Assembly (NCBI GenBank): GCA_965140585.1
Contig: OZ223269.1
Location: 384,001 to 448,000 of the forward strand
DNA: 64,000 bases
DNA from: Spirochaetia bacterium
Lineage (GTDB): Bacteria; Spirochaetota; Spirochaetia; UBA9216
Direction of reading: 5' to 3'
The notes beneath the pieces were generated by a model that was given only the letters and a program-made list of their open reading frames with translations, was not told the DNA's origin and made no database searches. A program made the translations under genes and the position numbers. Each line of letters opens with the position of its first letter. Position 1 is the stretch's first letter. Below are positions 8,929 through 18,100 of the stretch, piece after piece.

Positions 8929-9924
8929 TCATTTTCCAAATCTTATTGCACATTTAAATCCTTCTTTGCTCTCAATAACCACGTTACCCTGCAATTGATA
9001 TTTTACGAGCAGGTCAATGGAATTTAATCCAAATGACTTATTTGCAGAGCTACTGAGATCGGCAGGTATACCAATACCATTATCTGAATAAATTATATCA
9101 ATATTATTCATTTCAGGATTATAATCCAAATATACAGAAATTTTACCTCCTGTATTATCCGGAAATGCATATTTTAAAGTATTTATAAACAATTCATTTA
9201 GAATCAATCCACATGGTATAGCTTTTGTAATTGATAAATAGACATCTGATAGCTGATAATCGATTTCAATGTTATTTTGCTCGATTGAAAAACTGGAGAG
9301 CAAATTGGAAAACATGTTTACAATATAATCTTTCAAGTTAATTTCTGACAAATTATTCGATTCATACAACATTTGATGCACCATTGACATTGCATGAAGT
9401 CGATTTTCAATTTTATTAACAAAATTATCTACTTCCTCTGAATCAATGTAAGAAGCCTGAATGGAGATTAATGAGGAAATTAAAGTCATATTGTTTTTTG
9501 TACGATGATACAGTTCTCGAATCAATAATTCTCTTTCTTCTAAGGAGTCTTTTGTTGATTTAAGTAAATTATATTCTGTAGTTACATCCATACCATACAA
9601 ATTTGCATAAAATGATTTTTTTACAGGTGCTATAGCGAAAGTGTAGAATCTGTTGTTAGAATTTAGATTGATCTTCATCAAGCTATTGTTTTTGATTGAC
9701 TCAATGACGGGTTTAGTAATTAATTCAGAAACTACAAAACCTACCTTTAGATTTAGATCTTGGAGTAAATTTAAGCTAGCATTATTCGCATACAATAAAA
9801 TTCCATTTAAGTTCACCCTCAGTACCGGATAGGGATTTTCAGAGGGAAACCGACTTAACTCAAGAATCTTTTTATTCATTTTAAGGTTTTGCTTTCTGCT
9901 TCTAATAGAACGTTTTTGTTTCAT
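8929..9924 (-). CDS. PAS HisKA_2 histidine kinase
   Basis: FPSENPYPVLRV PAS-like segment; ELYHRTKNNM; ELFINTLKYAF; DNGIG. Confidence 0.88.
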   Translation of the reverse strand: MKQKRSIRSRKQNLKMNKKILELSRFPSENPYPVLRVNLNGILLYANNASLNLLQDLNLKVGFVVSELITKPVIESIKNNSLMKINLNSNNRFYTFAIAPVKKSFYANLYGMDVTTEYNLLKSTKDSLEERELLIRELYHRTKNNMTLISSLISIQASYIDSEEVDNFVNKIENRLHAMSMVHQMLYESNNLSEINLKDYIVNMFSNLLSSFSIEQNNIEIDYQLSDVYLSITKAIPCGLILNELFINTLKYAFPDNTGGKISVYLDYNPEMNNIDIIYSDNGIGIPADLSSSANKSFGLNSIDLLVKYQLQGNVVIESKEGFKCAIRFGK

Positions 9925-10143
9925 ATTAATAGAATAATAAATAGGATATCATAATTCTACTATTCCTTGATTTTCTGCATATATTTTTATGGATTTCTAA
10001 ACGGTTATCTTCAATGAGGTTATTTGTATGAGAACAGGAAATGATCACTCTTACCAAAAAACAGAAGATCTTGGGTAGTAATATTCACAATATGCTCATC
10101 TTCTTATAAAATACAACCAAAAGATGTATATTAAGGAATTCCC

Positions 10144-10539
10144 ATGATAAAAAGAGCTGTATTGATATTTCTTATGATTTTTTGTGTAGAAAGCCTTTTT
10201 TCTGCAGATCTCTTCATGTACAAGTACAATAATGAAGTAATATACGCTGCAGCCATTCAAAAAATAAACAATATAGAGGGTGAATATATTGTTGGGTTGC
10301 TTGAGATCAATACCTCCGGAGATGAATGGTGGACCATATCAACTCATTCATATATAGATAAGGATTTTAACATCATTTCGAAAATAGATTTAAATTTCCC
10401 AACATTGAGGTTTAACGGTCCCTATCTTGATGCCCAGATAAACAGCCGAAATAATACGATTTTACATATGGAGAAAGTTGAAACCATATTATACAAAGGC
10501 TGCGACATTAAACTTCCTGATATATTCAACCAACAATAA
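10144..10539 (+). CDS. Hypothetical secreted protein
   Basis: AAGGA RBS and signal-peptide-like N-terminus; no recognised motif. Confidence 0.55.
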   Translation: MIKRAVLIFLMIFCVESLFSADLFMYKYNNEVIYAAAIQKINNIEGEYIVGLLEINTSGDEWWTISTHSYIDKDFNIISKIDLNFPTLRFNGPYLDAQINSRNNTILHMEKVETILYKGCDIKLPDIFNQQ

Positions 10540-11113
10540 GGATTTTATATTGAAACAGGCATTTTCTCAAATCAATTCATTTCAGTCCAACATTACTGAT
10601 TATAAATATTGTCCATGTTGTGGTAAAGAGCTCATATCGGATACGAATAATAGCTGTCCATCATGCAAGTTTATTCAGTACAAGAATCCTCTTCCTGGAG
10701 TTTCTGTCTTAATAGAAAATTCCAACAATGAAATATTGGTGGGAAGAAGGAGAGGTGATCATGATCTTTGGTGTATGCCGTGCGGATTTATTGAAACAAA
10801 TGAGAATTTTCTACAAGCCGGGCATCGAGAAGTCTTTGAAGAAACAGGATTAAAGATAGAAATCAAATCAATAATAAATGTTACAACAAATATTATAAGA
10901 GCCGATCTCGAAACTCTGGTTGTCGTTCTTTATGCCTCTGTTGTATCAGGGAACATGGAGGCTGGTGATGATATTACTAAATTAGTATGGGTTAACTCCC
11001 AAAAAATCCCTCGATTAGCATTTAATTCTGATAAGTATATTATTGGTGAATATTTTAAAGGAAAGTTGGAGTTTTTAAGCGTTGATGAAGCTTTTAGACG
11101 TCAAATCCAGTGA
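10478..11113 (+). CDS. NUDIX hydrolase with N-terminal zinc ribbon (true start probably downstream)
   Basis: YCPCCG...CPSC..QYKNP; Nudix box GFIETNENFLQAGHREVFEETGL. Confidence 0.88.
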   Translation: MKPYYTKAATLNFLIYSTNNKDFILKQAFSQINSFQSNITDYKYCPCCGKELISDTNNSCPSCKFIQYKNPLPGVSVLIENSNNEILVGRRRGDHDLWCMPCGFIETNENFLQAGHREVFEETGLKIEIKSIINVTTNIIRADLETLVVVLYASVVSGNMEAGDDITKLVWVNSQKIPRLAFNSDKYIIGEYFKGKLEFLSVDEAFRRQIQ

Positions 11114-11548
11114 TTATTTAATATTCTTCTGTTTATTAGTTGTTTTTTGTGTTTCAACAACAGGCTCACTATTTTTTTCACTTAAAGCAGAAAGTATCGA
11201 GTAGGCAAATTGCTTATTACCAATCGGTTTTGTTAAAATCATATTTGGTTGAATATCTGATAGCCTCTCTGAAAGACTATCATTATGAGCATCGACGATA
11301 AAAATGACCTTTATGGAGTCATCAATCTCAAGCATCTTTTTCACTGTTTCAGTTGCCAGGTTTTCATCATTTTTTTCTACATCAACTATGATTAAATCAG
11401 GTCTATTCAATTTAAATTCTCTTTTTGCCTGGTTATAATCTGAATAAATTTTATCAACTTTTAAGCCCAGAGCATGTATCCTGATTTTCATATCAATGGC
11501 TAGCGGAAAGTCTCTTTCAATTACCATTATCTTGTCTATACTTCTCAA
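11114..11548 (-). CDS. Atypical stand-alone receiver domain
   Basis: KIMVIERD, PDLIIVDV and TKP are present. The conserved Thr/Ser position reads IFIVD. Confidence 0.7.
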   Translation of the reverse strand: MRSIDKIMVIERDFPLAIDMKIRIHALGLKVDKIYSDYNQAKREFKLNRPDLIIVDVEKNDENLATETVKKMLEIDDSIKVIFIVDAHNDSLSERLSDIQPNMILTKPIGNKQFAYSILSALSEKNSEPVVETQKTTNKQKNIK

Positions 11549-11749
11549 GGGTTGCTCCTTTTGAAATTAAATATTAAAGAAATAAGTGGAAGGCAAAGAA
11601 GAAATGCAGTAATTAAATTTTAATATTTCATTACCTGAAAGTCAAATTGGTATATCATGATATAACTCTTCTTAATGTCCGAATTGAAATTTTATACTTT
11701 TGAGATAATTTCTTTAATGTAATCGTTTGTTTGGCTCCAGGCGTTGAGC

Positions 11750-12535
11750 CGGATAGTTTCAAGTGCCGGAGGCGCAAGGTCGAGAAATTTTCGATGGAAC
11801 AGTTAATCATGGTCCTGATTACACATACTGGCTTTTAAAGTTCGATTCAGATAATAACAGCGATAAGGATAATATTGATCCTGTATGAATGCCTGTACTT
11901 GAATATATTTACAGTTTGCTTGCAAAAATGCAGGAATAGAGATGCCGGAAACAGATTTGGTTTCGGCCGGCAGCACGCGTCATTTTCTTATTGAGCCTTT
12001 CGACAGGATTGTAAGAAACAAGAGGCTTGATAAACTTCATTATGTGTCATGGGCAGGCCTGGCTCATGCGGATCGTGATGCAATTAATTCATATGAGCAG
12101 TTAATTCTTCTTTTACGGAAGATGAAGATTGGGCAGGAGGCTGAAACGCAGCTCTTCCGGAGGGCTGTATTTAATATAATTGGAAGAAATCATGATGAGC
12201 ATACAAAAAATACTGATTTCCCAATGGATAGGAGGGGGACGTGGAAACTTTCGCCAGCATTTGATATAACTTATTCATATGATCCGTTCGATCGATTCAC
12301 AATAAATCATCAATGCCGGCTGAACAGCAAAGATAATGATTTTGAGTATGATGATTTGATAAAATTCGGACGTTACTGTAATTTGAGTGAAAACAGAGCA
12401 GGGAAGATAATTAAACAGATTGGTAATGTCTTTTCCGAATTCCCGGGGCTTGCTTCAGATTATGATTTATCAGAACCATTAAAGCTGACTGTTGAGAAAA
12501 ATCTCCGGCTCAGGTTGCTGTTAAAAAAAGTATAA
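11750..12535 (+). pseudogene. hipA: HipA-family toxin kinase, 5'-truncated and disrupted
   Basis: Upstream fragments SAGGAR, YWLLKFD and EYIYSLLA are separated by frameshifts and a stop. The ORF has FLIEPFDR, FNIIGRNHDEHTKN and WKLSPAFDIT. Confidence 0.8.
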
Positions 12536-12560
12536 ATAAATTTAACATAAGGAACTATCA

Positions 12561-13412
12561 ATGCCATATAAAATAATTACTCATGACGGAAAAGCTCATA
12601 TGGATGAGCTTCTTGCTTCGGCCCTGCTTGCTCTTCATCTTGATGAGGAGCCGGAAGAAGTTCAGAGAATTGATTCACAGGAAGCGGCGAATCTGGTAAG
12701 TGTAGGAGCATATGACGAAAACACATATTTCATTGACTGTGGAATGGTTTTCGACAGTGCAAGGAAAATGTACGACCATCATCAGGACCGGGACTGCAGC
12801 AGCGCCGGGCTTCTGGTCTTCGATGAATTTTTTCCTCATCTCAAAGATACAGATTTACACAAGTATATGGAACTCGTATCAAAAGTAGATACAAGGGGAG
12901 CTATGAGTCTCGATGATTTTGAGCATATAAGCGAGAGCCGCGACTATCTCACCTTCAGTCAGGGGATACTTCTCCGAAGTTTTTCTGATGATCCCATGCC
13001 AGTACTTCGAATATTTATAGAAGGTCTGCGTGATAAAATTGAATTCGAACAGCTGAAAGCTGAGGCTGTAATGTGGCTTGAAGAAGACGGAAATATAGAA
13101 AGTGAAAGTATTGAGGGATTGAATATAATGCGCTACCTTATACAGCCGCCTTCCAAACTTGTTTCACCTCTACGCTCGGCTATTGGACGTTGGGTCGATG
13201 AACATGAAGTTTCGGCAATTCTCTCTTTTGATGATAAAATACCCGGTGTAATGACTTTATATCGAACTGATTTCGGTCATAATCTGATCGATCTGTCTAA
13301 ATCTGAACCAGCACAACAGATCTTCAACCATTACGGTGGATTCCTCATGAAATTTAAACCCGCTGATGAGAATGAGTGGAAAGCATTGATTAGAGCAGCT
13401 ATTAAAATGTAG
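12561..13412 (+). CDS. MYG1 family (DHH-like) metal-dependent hydrolase
   Basis: IITHDGKAHMDE, IDCGMVFD, YDHHQ, SSAGL, VDTRG. Confidence 0.75.
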   Translation: MPYKIITHDGKAHMDELLASALLALHLDEEPEEVQRIDSQEAANLVSVGAYDENTYFIDCGMVFDSARKMYDHHQDRDCSSAGLLVFDEFFPHLKDTDLHKYMELVSKVDTRGAMSLDDFEHISESRDYLTFSQGILLRSFSDDPMPVLRIFIEGLRDKIEFEQLKAEAVMWLEEDGNIESESIEGLNIMRYLIQPPSKLVSPLRSAIGRWVDEHEVSAILSFDDKIPGVMTLYRTDFGHNLIDLSKSEPAQQIFNHYGGFLMKFKPADENEWKALIRAAIKM

Positions 13413-13465
13413 ATGTTAATTCTTAGCAAATTCTGTTTTAAGGTGTATACTAAAATCTACAGTCA

Positions 13466-14770
13466 TTGAGAAAAACCATTTTCAATCTGGATCTTAGAAC
13501 AATATTTTTAACCAATTCAGGTCTGCTGTTTTTTATAGAAGTTTTTTTATTTGTGCTCTGGATCGAACATCGAAAAAAACGGAAAGGTATAGATCTGATA
13601 TTAGCCGCAATTTTATCGCTGACTCTCGGAACTCTTGGCATGGGAATCCAGAGTCTGCTTCATCCTGTATTTACTGTTGTTTTAAGTAATACCCTTATTG
13701 TTCTGGCATACATAATTCCTGCAGCTGCTTTGCGGCTTTTCTATCGTCAGAAAGTCTCAATGGCTGTCAGAATAACCGTGATGGCATTTATAGTTATTAC
13801 TTTTGCAGAACAGTACTGGTTCGGTATTGTAAGACCCGTTCTTATCATCCGTATCATCACAGTCTCGGGTTTGATTGCTGCAGGTGCCATTTTAACAGCA
13901 TTGTTTCTTATCAGGAATTCGCACTATTCTGCGCCGTCAGAAAAAGCGCTTATATTGAGTTTTCTGATATGTGCATTTACCCTCATATTCAGGATCCCGG
14001 TGTCAGCTTCTCTTCAAGTAACCGGTTCGTTTATGAAGTACTCGGGTGCTATATCCTTTTCCATGCTGCTCACCGGTCTCACAAGCATCGGCTGGGCTAC
14101 CGGTTGTATGCTCCTTGTTGCTGCTCAGGCGGCCCGAGACCGGGACCTTTTATTACGGGAATTGTCTCACCGGACAAAAAATAATTTTTCTGTGATAATT
14201 TCAATGATAGAACTGCAGAAAATTTATTTCCATGATAAAGCTGCTGCTTCTGTTCTTAATGATATCCGCGACAGAATAAACTCAATGGCATCTGCACAGA
14301 GTCAGCTTTACTGCAGTGATTGTGTATTGAAGGTTAACCTTCATGTTTATCTGAACAATCTGGTTGAAACACTATGTACTTCCCACCTTGCAGAATCGGA
14401 TAATATCGATATTTATCTAAATACTTTTTCAGCTGCTCTGCCTAATGATCTTGTTGTTTCAATAGGATTGCTGGTCACCGAACTGACGACAAACTCACTG
14501 AAACATGCCTTCCCTGATCGGTGGGGCCGCATTGATATTGAAATCTCTTCCAACGGTGAATTTTTAATACTCAAAGTGTCTGATGACGGTATAGGTCAGA
14601 ATACTGTAAAAGTAAATGAGCGCAGCAAAAGTATGGGAATGGGAATTATTAAAGAGCTGGTTGGACAGCTTGGAGGCACATGGACTGTTGATTCATATGG
14701 AAAGTCCTCCAGCTGCGAAGGAACAACTACGACGATAGTTTTACCTTATGATTTTTCTCAGCATTCATAG
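13466..14770 (+). CDS. Multi-TM HisKA_2 sensor histidine kinase
   Basis: About 7 TM helices; ELSHRTKNNF; ELTTNSLKHAF; DDGIG. Confidence 0.88.
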   Translation: MRKTIFNLDLRTIFLTNSGLLFFIEVFLFVLWIEHRKKRKGIDLILAAILSLTLGTLGMGIQSLLHPVFTVVLSNTLIVLAYIIPAAALRLFYRQKVSMAVRITVMAFIVITFAEQYWFGIVRPVLIIRIITVSGLIAAGAILTALFLIRNSHYSAPSEKALILSFLICAFTLIFRIPVSASLQVTGSFMKYSGAISFSMLLTGLTSIGWATGCMLLVAAQAARDRDLLLRELSHRTKNNFSVIISMIELQKIYFHDKAAASVLNDIRDRINSMASAQSQLYCSDCVLKVNLHVYLNNLVETLCTSHLAESDNIDIYLNTFSAALPNDLVVSIGLLVTELTTNSLKHAFPDRWGRIDIEISSNGEFLILKVSDDGIGQNTVKVNERSKSMGMGIIKELVGQLGGTWTVDSYGKSSSCEGTTTTIVLPYDFSQHS

Positions 14771-14779
14771 ATATAAAAT

Positions 14780-15454
14780 TTAATCTGACTCAAGCTCTGT
14801 TTCCAATTTAGATATATCAGCAATATTTACCATTCCGTTTGAATAAACGAAGTATCCTTTTTTTTTCATATCATGAAATGCTGCGGAAAGAGAAGGCCGC
14901 TCTACGCCCATATAAGCGGCTAGGGCAGACATTGTCATGTCAAGTCTGAATGTGCCGCCTTGAATACTGTAAAGTTCCAAAAGGTAATGGGCAATCTTCT
15001 TTTTTATAGTATGCAGGCTCAGGATTTCAAGTCTGCTTGAAAGATAATTGAAACGGTTGGCACATATTCTTAAAAAATTATCCAGAAGCAAGGGATATCT
15101 TTTCATAAGTTCCATAAAATTCTTCCGGCTCAGTTTTAATATCTGACTTCTTTCAAAGGCCTTGATATTCATCAGCGTCTTTCTATCACTGAATATCATT
15201 GCAGGTCCTAAAAGCTCAGGACTTTTTCTCCGGTTAAGAGTCAGCCTTCTGCCGCTTTCAGTAATTACGATGCCCTCGACACCGCCTGAAATGAGTATCA
15301 TCAATGATTCCAGATTTTCATGCGGATAGTGAATAGATTCTCCCCCATTATAGATTTTTGAATGCCAGCCGTGATGGGACAATATCGTATGTATATCGCT
15401 TTTCCTGATATTTTTGAATAATTCCATATTTTCTAGCTGTTTGATTCTATCCAT
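14780..15454 (-). CDS. Crp/Fnr family transcriptional regulator (HcpR-like)
   Basis: cNMP-binding fold followed by HTH LAAYMGVERPSLS. Confidence 0.88.
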   Translation of the reverse strand: MDRIKQLENMELFKNIRKSDIHTILSHHGWHSKIYNGGESIHYPHENLESLMILISGGVEGIVITESGRRLTLNRRKSPELLGPAMIFSDRKTLMNIKAFERSQILKLSRKNFMELMKRYPLLLDNFLRICANRFNYLSSRLEILSLHTIKKKIAHYLLELYSIQGGTFRLDMTMSALAAYMGVERPSLSAAFHDMKKKGYFVYSNGMVNIADISKLETELESD

Positions 15455-15482
15455 GCATATATTTTAACATAAAAATTGTAAT

Positions 15483-15502
15483 AGTGTAAGAAATCTTACA
15501 CT
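15483..15502. promoter_or_regulatory. Palindromic operator, likely for the adjacent Crp/Fnr regulator
   Basis: AGTGTAAGA-AA-TCTTACACT is a perfect 9-bp inverted repeat between the divergent regulator and permease genes. Confidence 0.7.
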
Positions 15503-15545
15503 TATATGAAGTTCTCAACTATATATTTACTTCAGGAGGAATGTA

Positions 15546-16022
15546 ATGACCCTATACATCTTAATAGGTATAACACTGATCGGATTGATAGTTTCAATTC
15601 TGAGATCCAGACCCAGAACATTAAAATCAATGAAAATGTCGCTGAAAATGGGTAAGGGGATGGGGCTTGAGCTGCTTTCTCTACTTGCCTTAATTGCTTT
15701 GATCCTGGCTTATCTTCCCGAAAAGCAGATCGCAAAATATCTGGGTGACAGCAGTGGTTTGCTGGCTTCTGTTTATGGAGCAGTTATCGGGTCTGTAACT
15801 ATACTTCCGGGAGTAATTGCTTTTCCGCTGGCGAAGCAGCTTGTTGTGTCAGGAGCTTCGCTTGCAGCTATAGCTGCATTCATAACTACTCTTACAATGG
15901 TAGGGCTTGCAACATCACCGCTTGAAAAACGATATTTCGGTCTGAGGTATACAGTACTTAGAAACAGCATCAGTTTTATTTTTGCAATTTCCATAGCTCT
16001 CATTATGGGGGTAATCCTGTGA
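15546..16022 (+). CDS. Permease, DUF318/ArsP_1-like, subunit 1
   Basis: Hydrophobic; IAKYLG..SG, GSVT.LPG..AFPLA, E.RYFG. Confidence 0.75.
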   Translation: MTLYILIGITLIGLIVSILRSRPRTLKSMKMSLKMGKGMGLELLSLLALIALILAYLPEKQIAKYLGDSSGLLASVYGAVIGSVTILPGVIAFPLAKQLVVSGASLAAIAAFITTLTMVGLATSPLEKRYFGLRYTVLRNSISFIFAISIALIMGVIL

Positions 16023-16666
16023 AAAAGAAAAAACTTAATCCGCTGACCATTGCAGTAATTGTTCTATGGCTTATTGTCATTATCTTTGATCGGGAGCGTG
16101 CTCAGAGCGGTGGTTTGATACTTCTCTCATTTCTTAAAGAGATGGTTCAAATTCTTCCCTTTGTTTTGATACTCTCTGCTCTTGTAGGAGAGTGGATTCC
16201 TGCACAGACTGTTAAACGTCATCTTGGTGACGATTCAGGTATCAGAGGCGCGGTTTTTGCATACCTGTTGGGGAGTCTCTCAGCGGGGCCTGTGTATGCA
16301 GCATTTCCGGTATGTATTGCGCTTAAGAAGAAGGGTGCTTCGGTAGGTAATCTAACTATCCTGATCAGTTCCTGGGCTGTAATAAAAATCCCGATGCTTT
16401 TTATGGAATTGAAATCTCTGGGCCTTCAGTTTACTGCCCTTCGGTATGCTCTCACAGTTCCTGTAATTTTTATTCTCGGCCATATTATGAACCGTCTGGT
16501 TTCAAACTCTCAGATGACAGGAATTGTTGATCCAGAGCAGGGGAATGAAGCTTATTTGCCGGGAAAAAACTGCGGAAGCTGCGGTTTCGGAAGCTGTGAG
16601 GAGCTTTTTCAGGCGGTCAAAGGTGATAAGGTGATGTTTAAGAATAAATGCTGTTTTATGGACTGA
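16019..16666 (+). CDS. Permease, DUF318/ArsP_1-like, subunit 2, with C-terminal putative Fe-S domain
   Basis: SAGPVYAAFP..LKKKGAS, WAVIKIPM; C-terminal LPGKNCGSCGFGSC...CC. Confidence 0.78.
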   Translation: MKKKKLNPLTIAVIVLWLIVIIFDRERAQSGGLILLSFLKEMVQILPFVLILSALVGEWIPAQTVKRHLGDDSGIRGAVFAYLLGSLSAGPVYAAFPVCIALKKKGASVGNLTILISSWAVIKIPMLFMELKSLGLQFTALRYALTVPVIFILGHIMNRLVSNSQMTGIVDPEQGNEAYLPGKNCGSCGFGSCEELFQAVKGDKVMFKNKCCFMD

Positions 16667-17717
16667 GCCTGTACAGATAGCAGAACCCGGGGCCTTCGGC
16701 ATCAGCACTGTTACGAAGATGAACTGAGTTGCCGAGGCAGTAATCCCATTCGTTGCAGTCGGTGCATATTCCGGTTTTTCTCCATGAAGGAGAACGGTAC
16801 ATCTTGAAATCATTCTCCCAGATTTCACTGAAATCACGGTCGGCTATGTTACCCTGGTAATAGGCCGGACCGTTGTTATTACAGCCGGTTACCGTACCGT
16901 CGCTGAGTATTGAGGCATAATTAATACCCGAGCGGCAGAAAAAAGGTTCATCCCTTACACTCCGGTCAAGTTTCCATGGCAGGTAGCCTTCGCAGCTGAA
17001 AGATACATTCAGTCCTTTTCTGCCCAGTTTCTTCCTGTTTTCCTTAATCCAGTTAACCAAAAATCCGCTTTGTTCAAAATCAAGGATCAGATCCGGATTC
17101 TGTACGGCTTTTCCCTTTGGAAAGATCCTGAACATCCTCCAGCTAGTCATTCCGTGTTCAATCAGAATATCAGCGGTCTCTCCCAGCTTTTTTAGATTGC
17201 CCGGATACACGCAGGTTACCGCATCCTTGAACTGCAGCTTTTTCCTGCTTATAAGATCCATAGCGCTTATAACCTTTGCATATGATGAAGGATTTTTACG
17301 GATGTAGTGGTGATTATCCTCAGGTCCGTCAAAGGAAAGTGTAATACTGTTCAGTCCGTCTGCACATAGTCTGTTCAGTTTATCAGAATCAAGTGTAAGG
17401 CCGTTGCTTACTATACCCCAAGTGGCTTTCTGCCGCTTCAGTTCGTCTGTTATATCAAATAAATCTGCACGTACAAGAGGCTCTCCGCCGGTAATTACAA
17501 AGGCCGGCCGGTATTTTTTCTGCATATAGCGGATAACAGACTTCCAGGTTTCCGCAGTCATCTCCCTCATTGTTGAGTCGCTTGAGCAGTCGGAACCGCA
17601 GTGCCTGCAGCTAAGGTTGCAACGTCTGGTGATTTCAAGAAAGAGATAGCGTAGATGGTGATCTTTTGTTTCCCGATCTGTATAGATGCGGTAGAATCTC
17701 TGTCTGACTGAACGCAT
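16656..17717 (-). CDS. Radical SAM/SPASM enzyme of the rSAM/lipoprotein system (TIGR04133-like)
   Basis: CNLSCRHCGSDC; TGGEPL; SPASM FFCRSG...GC, YQGNI, CTDC..WDYCLGNSVHLR...C. Confidence 0.85.
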   Translation of the reverse strand: MRSVRQRFYRIYTDRETKDHHLRYLFLEITRRCNLSCRHCGSDCSSDSTMREMTAETWKSVIRYMQKKYRPAFVITGGEPLVRADLFDITDELKRQKATWGIVSNGLTLDSDKLNRLCADGLNSITLSFDGPEDNHHYIRKNPSSYAKVISAMDLISRKKLQFKDAVTCVYPGNLKKLGETADILIEHGMTSWRMFRIFPKGKAVQNPDLILDFEQSGFLVNWIKENRKKLGRKGLNVSFSCEGYLPWKLDRSVRDEPFFCRSGINYASILSDGTVTGCNNNGPAYYQGNIADRDFSEIWENDFKMYRSPSWRKTGICTDCNEWDYCLGNSVHLRNSADAEGPGFCYLYRLSP

Positions 17718-17719
17718 TT

Positions 17720-18100
17720 TTATTCAGATTCAAGGCGAAGGACATCTATGCTGTCATCATCAGCGTCAATGGTTTTCACCGTAAGAGCCGGGTACATACC
17801 GTTTTCTGAATCGTCAACATCCTCGATTATGACATTGATTTCATCAGTATAAGATGTAAACAGGTTATATGAAATCATCCCATAAGAGTCTGTGTAGTCA
17901 AAGGATCCGTCTTCATCCTCATAACTGACTTTAAGTCCTTCAATGGGGTCTTCAGTATCTGAGTCAATTATCTGAAATGAGCCGGAACGGTCGTATACAG
18001 GCATTCCGTACATTGCGGCGTATGTCCCGTAGCAGGCTGCAAGAAGCATCGTTGCCGAACCCGTAGCAAGAAGTTTAAAAAACAGTGATAACTTTTTCAT
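17720..18100 (-). CDS. Radical SAM-associated lipoprotein with YG motifs (TIGR04134-like)
   Basis: Lipobox LLAAC followed by YGTYAAMYGMP; acidic beta-rich body; ends 2 bp before the rSAM gene. Confidence 0.78.
   Translation of the reverse strand: MKKLSLFFKLLATGSATMLLAACYGTYAAMYGMPVYDRSGSFQIIDSDTEDPIEGLKVSYEDEDGSFDYTDSYGMISYNLFTSYTDEINVIIEDVDDSENGMYPALTVKTIDADDDSIDVLRLESE

Noticed and set aside
11732-11746. TGGCTCCAGGCGTTG, resembling the reverse complement of a tRNA-Asn 3' end (possible att site)
   Set aside because: There is no T-loop or rest of a tRNA. The orientation does not fit an att copy for the island on its left, and the match is short enough to be chance.
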